The notes under the pieces: generated by a model
The model's database searches: none
What the model saw: the letters and a program-made list of their open reading frames with translations, nothing else
What the model was told of the DNA's origin: nothing
Position numbers and translations under genes: made by a program
In this document: positions 12,101 through 24,760 of the stretch, piece by piece
How the letters are laid out: each line of letters begins with the position of its first letter
Position numbering within the stretch: position 1 is the first letter of the stretch
From: Raillietiella orientalis
Taxonomy: Eukaryota
DNA length: 64,000 nt
NCBI GenBank assembly: GCA_036172245.1
Contig: JAYWIR010000066.1
Location: 1-64,000, forward strand
Direction: 5' to 3'

Positions 12101-15100
12101 ATCCCACCCTTTCGTGCGGTTTCATCTTCGCCCGGAGGACGCAAGGGTCCCTTGAGAGGGCAGCTGAAAACCGGAAGGAGGCAGCCTCGAGTCGCATCGC
12201 CTACGCTTCAGCCTTCGATGCCTCGCTCCAAGGCCCAACGATGGCCAGGAGAGGGGCAATCCCACGTGTCCACGGAGAGCATCAGGTGTCCCTGGGTCAG
12301 GCAGCGTTTCGAGGCACAACCAAACCAGGAAACGTTCCGGTTTTCAGCTGCCCTTCCTGGAAGCTTGTTCCTTCTCGGGGAGCGAATATCGTCGAGAACT
12401 CCCCGGGTCGCTCGCCTCTCGGAGGCGCCAACCTAAACCATCACCGCCCTCTTCCGAACAAGCGCGAAAGGGTGGGCGGGCCACTTCGGATTTTGCGTCC
12501 CCCGGCAGGGAAGATGGCAGCCATCCGAGGTCTGCAGTAGGGACAGGTGCTCCGACCACAGAGCCGGTCTGTCGTGCCAAGGCTCCGCCTCTCAAAGAGA
12601 ACTCAACCTCCTCTCCCCTCCCGTCTCGGAGGGAGGGTGAGAGGAGGTTGAGTAACGCCCTCCTTCCATCCCGCAACCGCCGCGAAAAAGCGTGGAGCTC
12701 TCGGTCCAGGACATCGCCCAAGAGCAGCCACGTCGTGACAGCAATGGGGACCAGAAGTCTCTCGACGCTTCCGGCGGAGCACTAGGGAACTGCAGCTCTA
12801 GGCGGTCGGTCAACAAGAGAACGCGGCGGTCACACGCGCGTTCCACGCTGTTGATTTTTTTTTTCTTATTTTTTTTCCCTCCCCAGGGGCTCGGAGGTCG
12901 GGACGACGACCACGCTGGTGGCCTTTTGTGCGCTTCCCGGCGACCCGCATGACGCTCGCAGGGTCACGCGCAACCCATCGCCACACAAGGAGACGGGTTC
13001 GGGTCGGGAGTGACACCCCGCCTTCGGGGAAGAGGGTGCCGATAAGGACCACGGATGGAGCGGCGGCTCCTGCGAGAGATGTCTCTCCCTCCCTCTCCCC
13101 CACCGGAACTCGAAATCCAGGAGAACTGCTCCTGCAGAGGGAATGCTCGAGCGCACCTTCGCTGCTGTTCTCGCCGATGCGGGCGGCGAAGTCAGGGCCG
13201 GAACGAGTGGGACACTTCCTGCGCGCGGGAAGGCAGGGATGCCACATGTCCCGCCTGCGGAGGAGCGGAAGTCCGCTTCCCGGCCTCCTTGGTGCTGATC
13301 GAGCGGAGGCATCGACCTCGGTTTCCGACCGGAGGGTGCGCGCTCCTCTCCTGCTGCTGCTCTGGCGCTCCGGATGACCCTCAGCGGTGACCACCCTCTG
13401 CGTGACTCAGATCATCGTGACGCGACACCTCTCAACGTCCTCTGCCAACAAGCCGAGTGCCCTGGACAGTCAGGAATGGGAATCCCTCCCGACATCCCAA
13501 CTCTGGAAAGCTCGCCCGAGAGCCGCGCGAGAACCCAATCTGCGCGGGCGGGGTGAAGGTGAGGTCACCTGAAGCATCCTGCGCGGGACGGCCGGCATCG
13601 GTCCCTTCCCTTCATCGCTTCTGGGCTGCTCTTCCCCACATCGCCCTTTTCTCCTGGCGATCGCCGGGTTCATCGTTCCAGCATCCAGCAACGCACGATC
13701 CGATTGGAGGAACAAGAAAAAACCTACCTCACCGTCGTCCCGCGCAGGATGCTGCAGGTGATCTCACCTTCACCCTGCCCGCGCAGATTGGGTTCTCGCG
13801 TGGCTCTCGGGCGAGCTTTTCAGAGTTGCCGTCCGGCAGTGCCCGAGAGGGCAGTAAGGCGGCGGAAGGGGAGGAGGATCCTCAAAGATCTCTGTGGGTT
13901 GACCCCGAAAGAATCCTGGGGTCACTAGGCAGCGAAGGGTGCCGTCACTCTTTCAAGAGGAGGAAAGGAGTCGGCGGTCCCACGGCGAGAACGCGAGAAC
14001 TCTTCACGTGTCATGGTGGCGCCTCTCCCCGACCTACTCGCCCCTGTGGGGTGCACGATCCGACCGCTATCGAGTGGGGGGAAAGCATTTACAGGAGCGG
14101 CGACGGTGGATCCAAGGTCGACAAACGGCAAGGTCAAAGGCCGCGTAAGAACGTACGGACGGTCTGCCGGCCCAGCCTCCCACAAACCCGCGACGACCAT
14201 TCGAGAGGCGAGGAAGAGCCGCAGGCGAGCCATCGACCTGGAGATGAGCCGATGACACGGAGATGAACCCAGGACCCGAAGATGAGCCAAAGGCACGGGA
14301 ATGAGACGAAGGCACAGCGATCAGGCAGCCCACACGGAGATGAGCTGACCACTCAATGATGAGACATTGACGTGGAGATCAGTCGACGTCACGGTGATTA
14401 GCCAAAGACACCGAGATGAGCCGAAGACCCGAACATGAGTCGACTCTACAATGGTCAGTCCACGACACAGTGATGTAGCAAAGGCACGGAGATGACCCCA
14501 TACGAAGACGACCTTCCCTGACCAATACAATGCTGTTGCTTCTTCCGTGGTATCGGAGGCGCCTCGGGCGTGTCCGGGCGCGATCTCTCCTTTCCGCCGT
14601 CCGCTCCCGCCTCGGGCGTCTTCCAGAGCTTGGCGCGCAGCAGCTTTGAGCCCTCACCTGCTACGCACAGCCTGGGGTCCTCGTCGTAGCCGTTGGGGCA
14701 GTCCGGAGAACCGTCGCAGAGGTACTGGATCGCGATGCAGAGGTCCTGACCCGGGCACTTGAACGGCTCGTACAGGACGCACTCGAACTCTTCCTTCCTG
14801 TGGTTGTCTGGAAGACACGACAGAAAAGGGTAAGGGGTAGCTCGAGGTCCAGAAGAGGGAAGAAAGGAGGTCGTCGTGCCAGCAGCCATCCGGGAGACGG
14901 ACGGACCCGCGCGCGAGCGCTCGCGTCCGGCGCTTAGACTCGTAGAGTCGAGTAACCGCTGCTCGCCCTCCCGAAGACCTTCCGAATTTCTCCCCCTTAC
15001 CCTCCCCCACACTTCCGTAAGAAAAACGGCGGCGGCCAAAGTGGTGGAGGGCAGGGACAACGCCTCGCGTCGTGCACGGGCTCCAGCGCATCCCGGTGCT

Positions 15101-18100
15101 CCCTCTGGAAAAGCGGATGCGAGGAAAAGAAAGGAGGGGGCAGAACGCCGCAAGGGAAGGGAAGGGGGGACGCCCCCGCGGGCGCGCGGCACACCGCTGC
15201 CATCGGGCAGCCGAAGGGAGACCGGCGGGGGAAGCCCTGCTCTTGCTCCTCTCCTCCCTCCACGCATCCCGCCTTGTCGCATTCCCGGAGCTACGGATTT
15301 CCCCTGCCTCCCTCCCCTTCCTTTTGGATTCCGCAGGGGAAAGAACGATGCAGAATGACAAGAGAACTCCCTGGGGCAGATCGCGAAAGTTTTCTGGGCA
15401 CTCTCTCTCACGAGAGGTCTCTGAGGACGCCGCACCACTCCTCCAGCACTTAGGACCTCAATCCCCTCCGCCTGCTACACACACACACACACACACACGA
15501 CCTTCCGCGCCGCTAGAATGCCACCCGCCTGCAATTTTGAACCTGCGAGCGTTCGAGCCGGTCCGGATGCGTTCGCGGGGGGGCGCGGCGGTCTGACGGG
15601 CGCGCCTCGCTACTGGTTCGCCCGCGTTGCTGGCTGGAGGATGGGAACACGTTGAGAGTGGTGCGCCGAGCACGCAGGAAGCCGTGCCTGACGTGGACAC
15701 GTGCACTGCATGCGTGCTGCTGCTGCTGCTCGTGCACGCGTGTGCAGGGGCACGTCCGATCGTGTCCTCCTGCACGGTGCTGGCGGGGACCCCCGGGCGG
15801 TCAGCCTGCGCCCCCGCACGGGCGTGGGGAAGGGAAGGGAGGATTGCAAAGAGTCCGCGGAACGTGCGAACCTAAGAGTCGAAGGCGACCCGCGCGCGGC
15901 TCCCGTGAGGTTAACAAGAAAAGTGTCCAAAATATTTATTTTTCATTTCCTACCTCCCGCTCGCGAGATTAAGGGATAGACAGCGGCTATTTGGCGATGC
16001 AATCATCAGTTGTAAATCTCCCATCCAGTGATTCCTTGGGAAATTCCCCAGCAGGCCCTGCTCCTCCTGCACAATACATATTCCGCTTCCTAGGAAACCG
16101 TATGGATGATGCAATTTCGCAGCCCTGATTAGGAGGGAGATGCAGGTACGTTCGCGAGAGAATCGGGGTTTTCCTCTCGAGAAACAGATGAATTCTTCTT
16201 GTTCTCGGGAAAAGGGAAACATTAATATAATAATTGCAACTGTATCTTGGGAAGAGGGAGAGAGGCGTGGACTACTGCACGCCTACCTATCAACGTGTGA
16301 AGCGTTCCGGGGGGGTATTTTACACTGGACACTTTTACGTAAGCACGCGTTTCGGTGTGAGCCATTCGGATGAAAACGGGAAAACGTACGGTGGACCACT
16401 CTGTTTACAAGGGGGAGGAGGGAAAAAAATTCCCGCAAGTTCACGTGGCGCGCGGAGCGAAAACGGATAAGGCCGAAACGCACGCGCTCCACGCTCCAGG
16501 GCTTCATTGGGCTGTCGGTCGGTCGCCCATTCATTTTTGTGACGTTTCGCGCACGCAGATCTCGATCGGAGTTTCCATTGGGTGGCGGCAACAATGGAGA
16601 AGCCTGCCACTGTTGCGTCACTGAGCTGATTGGGCGCCAGCAGCCCACGAGACTCGATCGCGGGAAGCGCGAGAGGGGGTGCGCCTTCCGCGAGTCCCCG
16701 TGGCGCCTGTGCCTGATGGTCCTCGAACAACCCCAACGGCGAACTGACCCCATTGGGTCCCGTAGTTTCTGCGCTGTGCGGCCGCCCCGTTTTCCCCCTC
16801 AACCGTGAAAACGACAAACACCGGCAGGGGATACGCGATATCCCCAGGAGGTGACGCGGGCCCACGCACGTCCCGTGGACTTTGTCCGTGTGGACTTTCC
16901 CGGTGATGCAGGAGTGATGAGAGGATGAACCGTCCTCCGTCTGTTTTTGAATGCTGGGGAACGTTCGCCGGCATGAAAACCTCCACCAAGTGTGCGTAGA
17001 GGTTTTTTCTTCTTCTTCTTCCCCCGTCCGATCAGCAAGACATCGGTCCAGGCTGTCGGTGGCTGCTGTTTGCAGTGGGCGAAGGAATCGATGCTGTCCA
17101 TCGAGTAAACAGCAAGTCAGAGGATGCGAGCCGTCGCTTCCTGTTTCTGGAACCTCGAAAACCGAGGTTTGAAGTTCAGAACCTCGGGCAGTTGCAAAGT
17201 TCATCATCGAAGAGAAATCCTTGCGTCTCCAGAGCGATTCCCTGGTCATCGAAGGCTATCTGAGGTTTCTTGCAGGATGCTTCAGAGACGCTTCCGAAAT
17301 TGAATGAGATCGGAACGGAGAAGGGGGGAGGGGGGAGGACAAAACTGCTCAGCGGATTCCTGATTGGCTGAACAATTTTTCCACCGTCCTCCTGGTCACC
17401 ACAGCTGAGCACAAAAAAAAACATCTTGATCTGAAGACCAGGTGATTTGCTTCTCTCAAAGGAAACAGCTTGGACCATCGGTCTTCAAAGGTCTTCTGTG
17501 GAAGCTTATCATGGGAGCACAGCAAGCAAATTTCTTGAAACCAGGGGACCAGTGAATAGCTGAGAATACTTCTCAGGTAACATTCACGTCTCACTGGTGT
17601 TCCTTGGACCATCGGATTCATCATCGGACGTTTCGGTTTCAACCCGAAACTTTGACCTTTCTTGCCTACGGATCCGCTCTTTTCTTAAGCATCTACTTCC
17701 GGGTATGCTGACGTGTCCCATTTCGGAAACCCGCATGTGTTTGGTCGACCTGCATGCATCCCCTCATGACCAGACGGTCTCATCTGAGCAGCCATTCCAT
17801 TCCAGAAGGGAATTCTCCGAATATTCAACCCTAGATCGGTTGCCAGCAACTCCCTCCGGGTGTCCTGGAACCGTCATGGTTCGCAGGGCAGTTTCTACGG
17901 GAAGATTATGGAATCGGATATGGTGCCAGGTATTCTCTGCACTCTTTAAATCCCTGTTCCCTGGATGAGAGGGCTTTCCTTGGAGAATTCACCGGAAACG
18001 GGCGCAGTCTGGTCGCCGGCCACATGCCGAACTCGCCTCGGACACCGCCCCGTCCAGGTGGATACCATCAATCCTCAAGTTGTTTCCTCCTTCAGTATTC

Positions 18101-21100
18101 CCCCAGTGAAAACGTGATGCATGATGTCCCCGGGAGTCCCCGGTTGTGACGGCATCCCTCCGGAGAAGTGCTCATCCTGTTTGCATCCGCCTGCTCCAAG
18201 TGTGACTGTCGCAAAGCGAGAGAAAGACCGCGAACAGACGCGGAGAACACCAAAGGAAGACACCTGCAGCGGGGGAGCAAGCTCTCGATCTTCGGCCACC
18301 TTCGTTCCTTGGCGAACGTCTCCGATCGCCTTGGTGACCAGCACCAGCAGCAAGGTGCCCCGTGCCGTGACGAGGCCTTCGACAGCGACGATTTCGGCTG
18401 CTTTTCAATGGATGCAGGGGTGGCAGGTGAGGGAGAAGGAAAAAAAAAAAAAAAAAAAAAACCACGACTGGTTTGATGAGGGAGCCGGATGTCGGACGTT
18501 GACTCGTTGGAGAACGTTCTTCTTCTTCCTCTGGAATCTGATTCGTGGGGTTTCCGGAGAGCGCCGCAACGAGTCGTCCTGCTGTCGGAGGTGCGGTTGC
18601 GTGTAAGCACTGTGCACCCGGCAAAAAACACCGGGAATTTTCACGGGGGTCCTCCGCTTCGGCCTGCATTCCGAAGGCGCTCCTTTCTATATGCGCTCGT
18701 TGCATCCATCCGAGATCCACGAAAAGGTGCTCGAAACACGCGAACACCTCCTTTGATTTCGTGTTTGCCAGTGCGTGCGCTTGCCGAGCTGCGCACCGGC
18801 ACTGAACTGCTCAGCCAAGTGCACCTCTCACTACCCACTTGCCAGAGGGCAGCCCGGAAGTGTGCTCCTACGGTCCCAGCGCCAGGATGCAAAAATGGCT
18901 TCCGAAGCTAAGAGTGGTTAAGCGGGGGCATGTGCTTGGGACACGCGTCCTTGAAACGCAATCAGAAGATCGATTGGAGGTCACCGCCGCCCCGCCGGAA
19001 TCGCCGCCGACGCAGTGCCTTCCCCGTCCCACATCCTCTCCGGAACCCCTGCCCCCCCCCCCCTTTTTTTTTTTTTTTCCTATCCCCTTTTTTAGCGAGC
19101 TTTGGACTGCTTGCATCCTCGTTTCCTTCCTGTTTATTCTTCCGCTGTGGTTCGCTCGAGCGGTCCAAGTGGAGGCAGATCAGACGTCAAAGCAGTATCC
19201 AACACAAAAGCACGTTCAATCTAAAAGCCATTAGAAACGGGAAAACGTTAACGATCAGCGCGTTTTGCGTGTACATCGGGGGAGGGGGGAAAGGAGGAGG
19301 GGAGGGGGAGAACGGGAAGAGGACAAGCACCTCCTTAAATGCAAAAGCAAACAATGGAGGAAAACGCATCCCTCTTCTCCCTCCCGCTCCGGCCGGACTG
19401 CTCGGAGGAGGAAACACCCAGGGACCACGCGCTCATTCCGCGGTGTTTTTTCTTCCCTTTTGCTTTACCTTCATTATTTCTTTCGATGGCTTTCGACGCC
19501 GCTCGACGGCCGAAGCGAAATCGGCTGCTGGGTCCCTATCCTGGTTTCCAGAGAGGACGAAGAGAGCGTGCAAGGAGAGCGAGCCCAGAGAACAGGGGGG
19601 GGGGGGGGAAATGCTCTCGCGTGAGAAACTCCATCCTGAATTCCCCTGCAGGGCCGCCGCGTTACCCGGGGAAACGAACGCACTCGAATTCTTGACGTTA
19701 ATGGGGCGGGTCCGAGCATTTCCCCGAACGCGATCCTCCCCGGAGAAGAAAAAGAAGAAAGGAGCGAACGATCTGTCTTCCCGCTGCAAGAAAAACACGC
19801 AAAACGTGCGTGGCTTCCCTCCTCAGTTTCCTCTGTCTCGAGGGTTGGTTGTGGGAGGTGGGAAGGTGGAGGGGGCGGAGAAGGGAATGGTTGAACCCGA
19901 GTGAGATGGGGTCCAGCCTTGGAGCGCTTGACTGACCGCAAGCACGTGATTTATCCTCCTGGTTCCAGACATCGCCTTTCCTTTCGCTTTAACAGGATCC
20001 AGAAGGCTTTCGTATTCTCCTGTGGTTTCCGGGAGAGGAACCATCCCCACTCATCCGTGCCAGTGGTTTTTCTTGCGCGATGCACGGAGCGCTCCGGGTC
20101 GAATCCGGCCGCCAAAGACCCAAAGCCAACATCTGTCAACGAAGGACCCGTGCTGCCGTCGGAATGGCTCCGCAGCTTCGCCGGGCATTTCGATTCAGAA
20201 CGCTCCAGGCTTCAGGGGGTCTTTGCCCATTCAGAACTTCCCTTTTCCTCTGACTGCGGGTGCTGTCCGCCTCGGTTTGGAAAGCACGGCGCTGCCGGCA
20301 TGGATTCCTCGAGACGGCGGTGGTGGACAGCGTTCCTCTCCCCGGATTCGACGGTTTCCTTTTTTCTCTGTAGATGACCCCCCACATGGGCCCGATCGTG
20401 CCCCCACTTCCGCCCTCCCTGATGCGACCTCGGTGGTGTTCTCGCGAGCCGACTGTCGGTGAATTAGGGAGCTCGCATCACCCCATTCCAGCGTAAGCTC
20501 GTGCTCGCTGCCGTCCTCCGAGAGGCGGGGATAACGAGGAAGGGGCGGGGTAGCCGCAGGCAGAGCAACGCCTTTCCAGGGATCGCCGCTGCACACCCTA
20601 CAGAACTTTCCAGGGAACCTGTCCCCCGCTTTGGGGAGCAGCAAGATGGCCCCCACCGGAACACCGTGTAGAATAGGGCCTGGCTCGGCATCATACAGGA
20701 TCTACATGCGAAGAAGGAGAGGAAACCGATCGCTCCGTCCTATTCTCTCCTTATTTGCTTACTACCTTCGTTGTTCTTCCCCTCATCCCAAAAGTAAATC
20801 TTCCTGTAGGCATTTCATGCGATGGGCGCCAATGGAACGGCAGAACCATTTCCCTATTCCTTCGAGTTCGTTCCGCTGTAGATGGGCATCCTTGCGTTGT
20901 CGGGTGAGAAGAACAGAACCCTACAGTCTCTCATCCTAGAGAGACCCCTGGCAACACGGAGCCAACACTTCCCCCCTTTCGAAGTTCCAAGAGAGATAAA
21001 CCCATCCAGCATCCGCACGTCTCCGGGGATGCCTCGGAGGGCTTTGCGACCACGAGAAGTGGGTGAAGAATTTCTTCGTGCTCCACCGCCCATGATCCGC

Positions 21101-24100
21101 ATCGGAGCGCTCCTCCAGCCTCGCCATCCGTGCAGACTGGAGAGGGAACGCTGGTGAACTCAGTGCCCCACTAGCGACAGCTCGCTCCTCTGGTTCCTTC
21201 CTGGAGGCCACACAGCAGCAGTGTGGCCCTCCATAGACTCTGCAGTCGTGGGTCCTCTACCATACGCTGCTCCGCCGAATGGACCTTGACGGAGGGAAGA
21301 TCGCTATGCAACTCGGCAATCACACGAAGAAAACTTCGTCGTCCATCTCCGATCTCTTCAGGACGAATCCGGCCGCCGAAGACCCAAAGCCCGCAGACTC
21401 CCAGCATCCTTCAACGAAGGATCCGTGCTGCCATCGAGGTGGGTCTTCAGTCTCGCCGAGCATCACTGTCTCCGGCCTTGTTCCGAGTCAGCTTCCTCCT
21501 CGCCGCCACGCGGCGCTCTTCGACCACCGTGCCCGGCGGCACCTCTCGCGGCAGCCAGCGCTCTTATTCTGCGAGCACGGCGACCTCGACCTTCCTCTCC
21601 TCCGCAGGCCCCCTTCTCCTTCCTCCTGCACACCGAGACTCCAGCAAATTCCTGACTGCATCCTGTTGCGATTCAGGAACACGTGTGCATCGCAACACTG
21701 TCCGATCAGTCTGCCCCCTCCAATCACCAGCTAAGTCTCGTCCGATCGGAATGTCCAATGCTCTCCAAGGGACGGGAATCCCAGATCCTTCTTGGGAAGG
21801 AGAAACCCCTGCGTCGAAAACGCCCGCTGGGCAGGGTCCCGAAGTGGTTGGCGCAGTCGTGGCTCGGTGGCCACACAGACGGCACCCATTTCTTCGGGAG
21901 CGTTCCTCTGATATTCTCGGTCCTCTGACGTATTCGGAAAGACGGGATCTCCCTGGAGACCGGGTGCTCCGGGAAAGAGGGGGAGCGGACGTGCGAAACA
22001 GACCGAAGAGGTGGTCAACGATCCGAAGGGAATTCCTCCGACTTTTGGGCTGCCACCAAACAGATCGGTCGAAGGTCGGGCCGGGTTCTCCCTTGCCTCT
22101 CGAGGACGACCCAATGGCGGGAGTTGTCCGGTTTGTTGACCTCTTTCCCTTCCTTTCCCTGATTCTTCTGACCCGGTTTCCCTTGACGCTCGGGGCAGCT
22201 CAGTGGCTGTTGCAGCGGGAGAGATTCGTTGCGGACAGGAATCCTGCTGGGTCAAAGGAGAGGCGCCCTGCTCGCATCGGCGTGTACCCGGATGAAGGGT
22301 ACCTTTTGCACGTGGTCACGTCGCAGGGAGGGGTGGGTGGGAGTTGAGTCCAACTTGCCTTCCCTTGCCCTCGGACAAACTACCTTCGGGCACAGAGCAC
22401 AGCATATCTCCACCCTCTCCGCCTCGGACCCTTCCTCCTCTTGACGAGGGCCGCGCCTCTCTCCCGTCATCGGCCTCGGCAGCTGCAGCAGCTGCTACTC
22501 CCCTTGCGGTGGACGTCTCAAGACGGATCCGGACGCGAGCCCAACTGTCAGGGACCATGAAAGACCTCCAGCAGATGACGCCCGGTCCCGCCACGGGAAG
22601 CGAGGAGGTCCGGAAAGGTGCGGTGGGGGCGGTTCTACCTGGAGAGGGTGGGTGGAAGGCACTGAGGCTTTCCGCTGCTGCCTTTCCTCTTCTTCCGCCC
22701 GGGGCGAAGAGTCGCTCGCCCGGCGGTGCGGCGGACCGCAGCCTGCTGGACGCTCCCGGGCTCCTTCTTTCGACGCGGAGGAAGAGGGACTGACGGGTGG
22801 GGGGAGGAGGAAGACAGAAAATTCTCAGATACTTCTGTCCGAGGCAGCGCCGCTGCACTTCGCAGAGGTCCGACAACGCCCGCCGGCAGAGTCCCCGTGC
22901 CAACAATCAAGCCTCCCATCCGATCGCCACGGCGGGCTCTTTCTAGCCAGACCCCTCTGCTGCCTCGCAGGGAGGCAGGCGCCACATTGATGCGCGCCCC
23001 TTCCCGTCCCTGCCCCGTGGGCACCCTGCACCCTGCGCAGTTCCGATACCTCGCCCCCCCCCGAGTCTCCTTACCCTCCACTCCCTTATTCTGCCTGCCT
23101 GTCCCTGCGAAGGTCCTCGAATCAGAGATCCCGCACTGTCCCGAGGCATGCCTGGTGGGTGCGCACCGGACCGTGGCCCGCATGACCCCCGTGGCTTTGG
23201 AGCGTGCCCTACGGAAGGACTGGAGTTTCCCGGCGAACCCTTCGCTTTCTCTGGCAGTCAGGAAGGGGAAGAGGCTATTCCCTCGGCCCCCGAGTGGAGA
23301 GGACGCGAGCCGCTTCTGACCTCAGGTCGTCTACCGCCCAACCGCGAGCCGCACCGAAGCGGCGAGAGACGACGGCGGGAGAAGAAACGCGCTGCCGAGA
23401 CGCACGGGGGACTCGCGGGGAGCGGACGCTGCTCCTGCAAAAGGGACAGACGAGGTCGCGCAGAGGTCCGTGGGGCGGCGGTGCCCTTTCGGAACCGCCC
23501 GGAAGTCGGAGAGTCGACCCAGGCCCCCGCATCCCTGTAGCCTGGCCCGTTCTTCCCTTTCGATGACCTCCTGGAGGAGGCGAGGACGCACCTCGGCTCC
23601 CCGGGGCGGGATCGGAGGCACCGCAGGCGGAAGGAAAGAAAGGAGAACCGTGGGCGGTCCCGCTTCTCCCCGAAGGAGTCCCAGGAGATTCGGCATCCTA
23701 GCCGCGAGGGCAAGCCAGCAGTCAGGAACGGGCTATTCCAACCCAGGGCTCTGCGCAGCGGAGGGCCTTCTGGGATTTTCCTCGGTGGGGAGGGAAGAGG
23801 AGGAGGGGCAGCCGAGGACACCCGACGTAGCGGGGCAGGGAAATAAAGTTCTTCCCAGACTCGCGCCGGGAAGAGACGAAGCTTCCTGCTCCTCTCTCCC
23901 CTGACAGACCCGAAAGTCACCAGATTCTCGCCTCCACGATGGCCGGAGGAAAAAGAAAATGGGCGCATGGCCCTCTCCAGAGGGAGGAGAGAAGCCGGTT
24001 GGGGAAGGGTAGCCAAGGGGGGGGACGAGAGGACGGGGAAGCAGTCGAGAGTGTCCGACTGTTCCTATCCTTCCGACGGACCCGGGATTGATAGAGCCCT

Positions 24101-24677
24101 GGGAGCAGAGACCAACTGCATGCCATCCGAGGGGGTGCGAATTTCCCCGGCGCTTCCCGACCCCTCCCATCCCTTCTCTCGCGCCCTTTTTCCTCCCCTT
24201 GCTTTGCGAAGGACCGGACGGGCACGCGCGCGAGCGCCACCGCATGGGTGGCAGAAGGTGGGACGGAAGATGACGCGCAGGAGTCTGCTGCGAACCACCC
24301 TCTTCCTTTCACCCCCTTCCATCATCGTTCCCGTCGCCAACCCCGGGGTGTGTGGTGGGGAGGGAAGGGGGCGGAGGCACGACCCGTCGCCAAGGAGACG
24401 CTGCCCGGAGCGCGAGCGCCTCGAGCGGTGCTCGTCGCCGGGCGAGGACAGCGACGGCAGCGCGGCGAGGACGCACCTCGTCCGCTTCCCCACGGTGAAA
24501 GGGGCGCGTAGGGAGAACCCTGCATCGGGTCGACATGCGCATGGGGACGGGGACGGAGCGCCTACCTCTGCCGTCCTGCTGATTGAACACGTGGAATAGC
24601 TCCATGCACGTCGCCAGCGACGCCACGTGGAGGAAGACGACTGCGAACACCACGCTCCACTCCATCTTCATCCTCAT
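5939..24677 (-). CDS. Prohormone-4 / IDLSRF-like neuropeptide precursor homologue; spliced CDS join(24677-24566,14807-14658,9574-9422,6138-5939), 204 aa
   Basis: Four exons with canonical GT-AG introns, all phase 1, splice into one 615-nt open frame: MRMKMEWSVVFAVVFLHVASLATC-MELFHVFNQQDGRDNH-RK-EEFECVLYEPFKCPGQDLCIAIQYLCDGSPDCPNGYDEDPRLCVAARRPPVEETASFLKSLIESHGPNFLQKLFGSKARDALAPLGGVEKVAIALSESVTIEDFGAALHLMRSDINHLRSVFVAILRGDVGMLKSMGFKDSELADLKYFLQKLTHTGFLDSP. Exons 2-4 match arthropod prohormone-4 as recalled (YEPFKCPG, RPPVEETASFL, LGGVEKVAIALSES, TIEDFGAALHLMRSD, GFLD). Confidence 0.93.
9422..9574 (-). CDS. Prohormone-4 homologue exon 3
   Basis: 153 nt. Acceptor tctttgcag| and donor AG|GTATGG. 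Encodes ARRPPVEETASFLKSLIESHGPNFLQKLFGSKARDALAPLGGVEKVAIALS. Confidence 0.96.
13498..13828. repeat. 93-bp inverted repeat pair (MITE or foldback-like) in intron 2
   Basis: 13498-13590 is the reverse complement of 13736-13828 with about five mismatches, separated by a 145-bp spacer. Confidence 0.9.
14243..14506. repeat. Degenerate 19-bp minisatellite, about 14 units
   Basis: Period 19: GATGAGCCGATGACACGGA, GATGAACCCAGGACCCGAA, GATGAGCCAAAGGCACGGG, GATGAGCCGAAGACCCGAA and so on. Confidence 0.85.
14658..14807 (-). CDS. Prohormone-4 homologue exon 2 (LDL-receptor class A domain)
   Basis: 150 nt. Acceptor tcttccag| and donor AG|GTGAGG. Encodes the six-Cys LDLa motif CVLYEPFKC...CIAIQYLCDGSPDCPNGYDEDPRLC. 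Confidence 0.96.
17100..18400 (-). mobile_element. Highly decayed L1/Tx1-like RT fragment in intron 1
   Basis: KAIGDVRQGTKVAED resembles SAIGNLKRRKAPGED. VAGDQTAPVSG resembles ISPEQTYAVPG. DQEDGG resembles PRQDGG. Confidence 0.4.
19950..22340 (-). mobile_element. Two decayed L1/Tx1-like fragments in intron 1
   Basis: LLLPKAGD (RT motif) near 20630 and IRVHADA (YADD-like) near 22285. The LWVFGGRIRP block is present twice (about 20100 and about 21365). Confidence 0.45.
24566..24677 (-). CDS. Prohormone-4 homologue exon 1 (signal peptide and start of mature peptide)
   Basis: Hydrophobic signal-like stretch WSVVFAVVFLHVASLATC. Donor AG|GTAGGC at 24566/24565 gives phase 1, matching exon 2. The start could be any of the ATGs at 24677, 24671 or 24665. 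Confidence 0.78.
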
Positions 24678-24719
24678 CTTCCTCCCGGCGAGCTCTCCCG
24701 GCGCCAGGCGGAGAGGGGC

Positions 24720-24760
24720 GAACTACGAGGCGGGAGGATACGGAGCCCCGCTTTTAACGC
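24720..24760 (-). promoter_or_regulatory. Candidate core promoter of the prohormone-4 homologue
   Basis: TATA-like TTAAAAG (24757-24751) in GC-rich DNA, about 30 nt upstream of an Inr-like GTAGTTC and about 75 nt upstream of the first ATG. Confidence 0.35.

Noticed and set aside
13055..13390. Gag-like zinc-knuckle remnants (CSRRCG, CPACGG; also CPFCRS near 23440)
   Set aside because: His/Cys spacing is incomplete. Possibly decayed ORF1 but not supportable.
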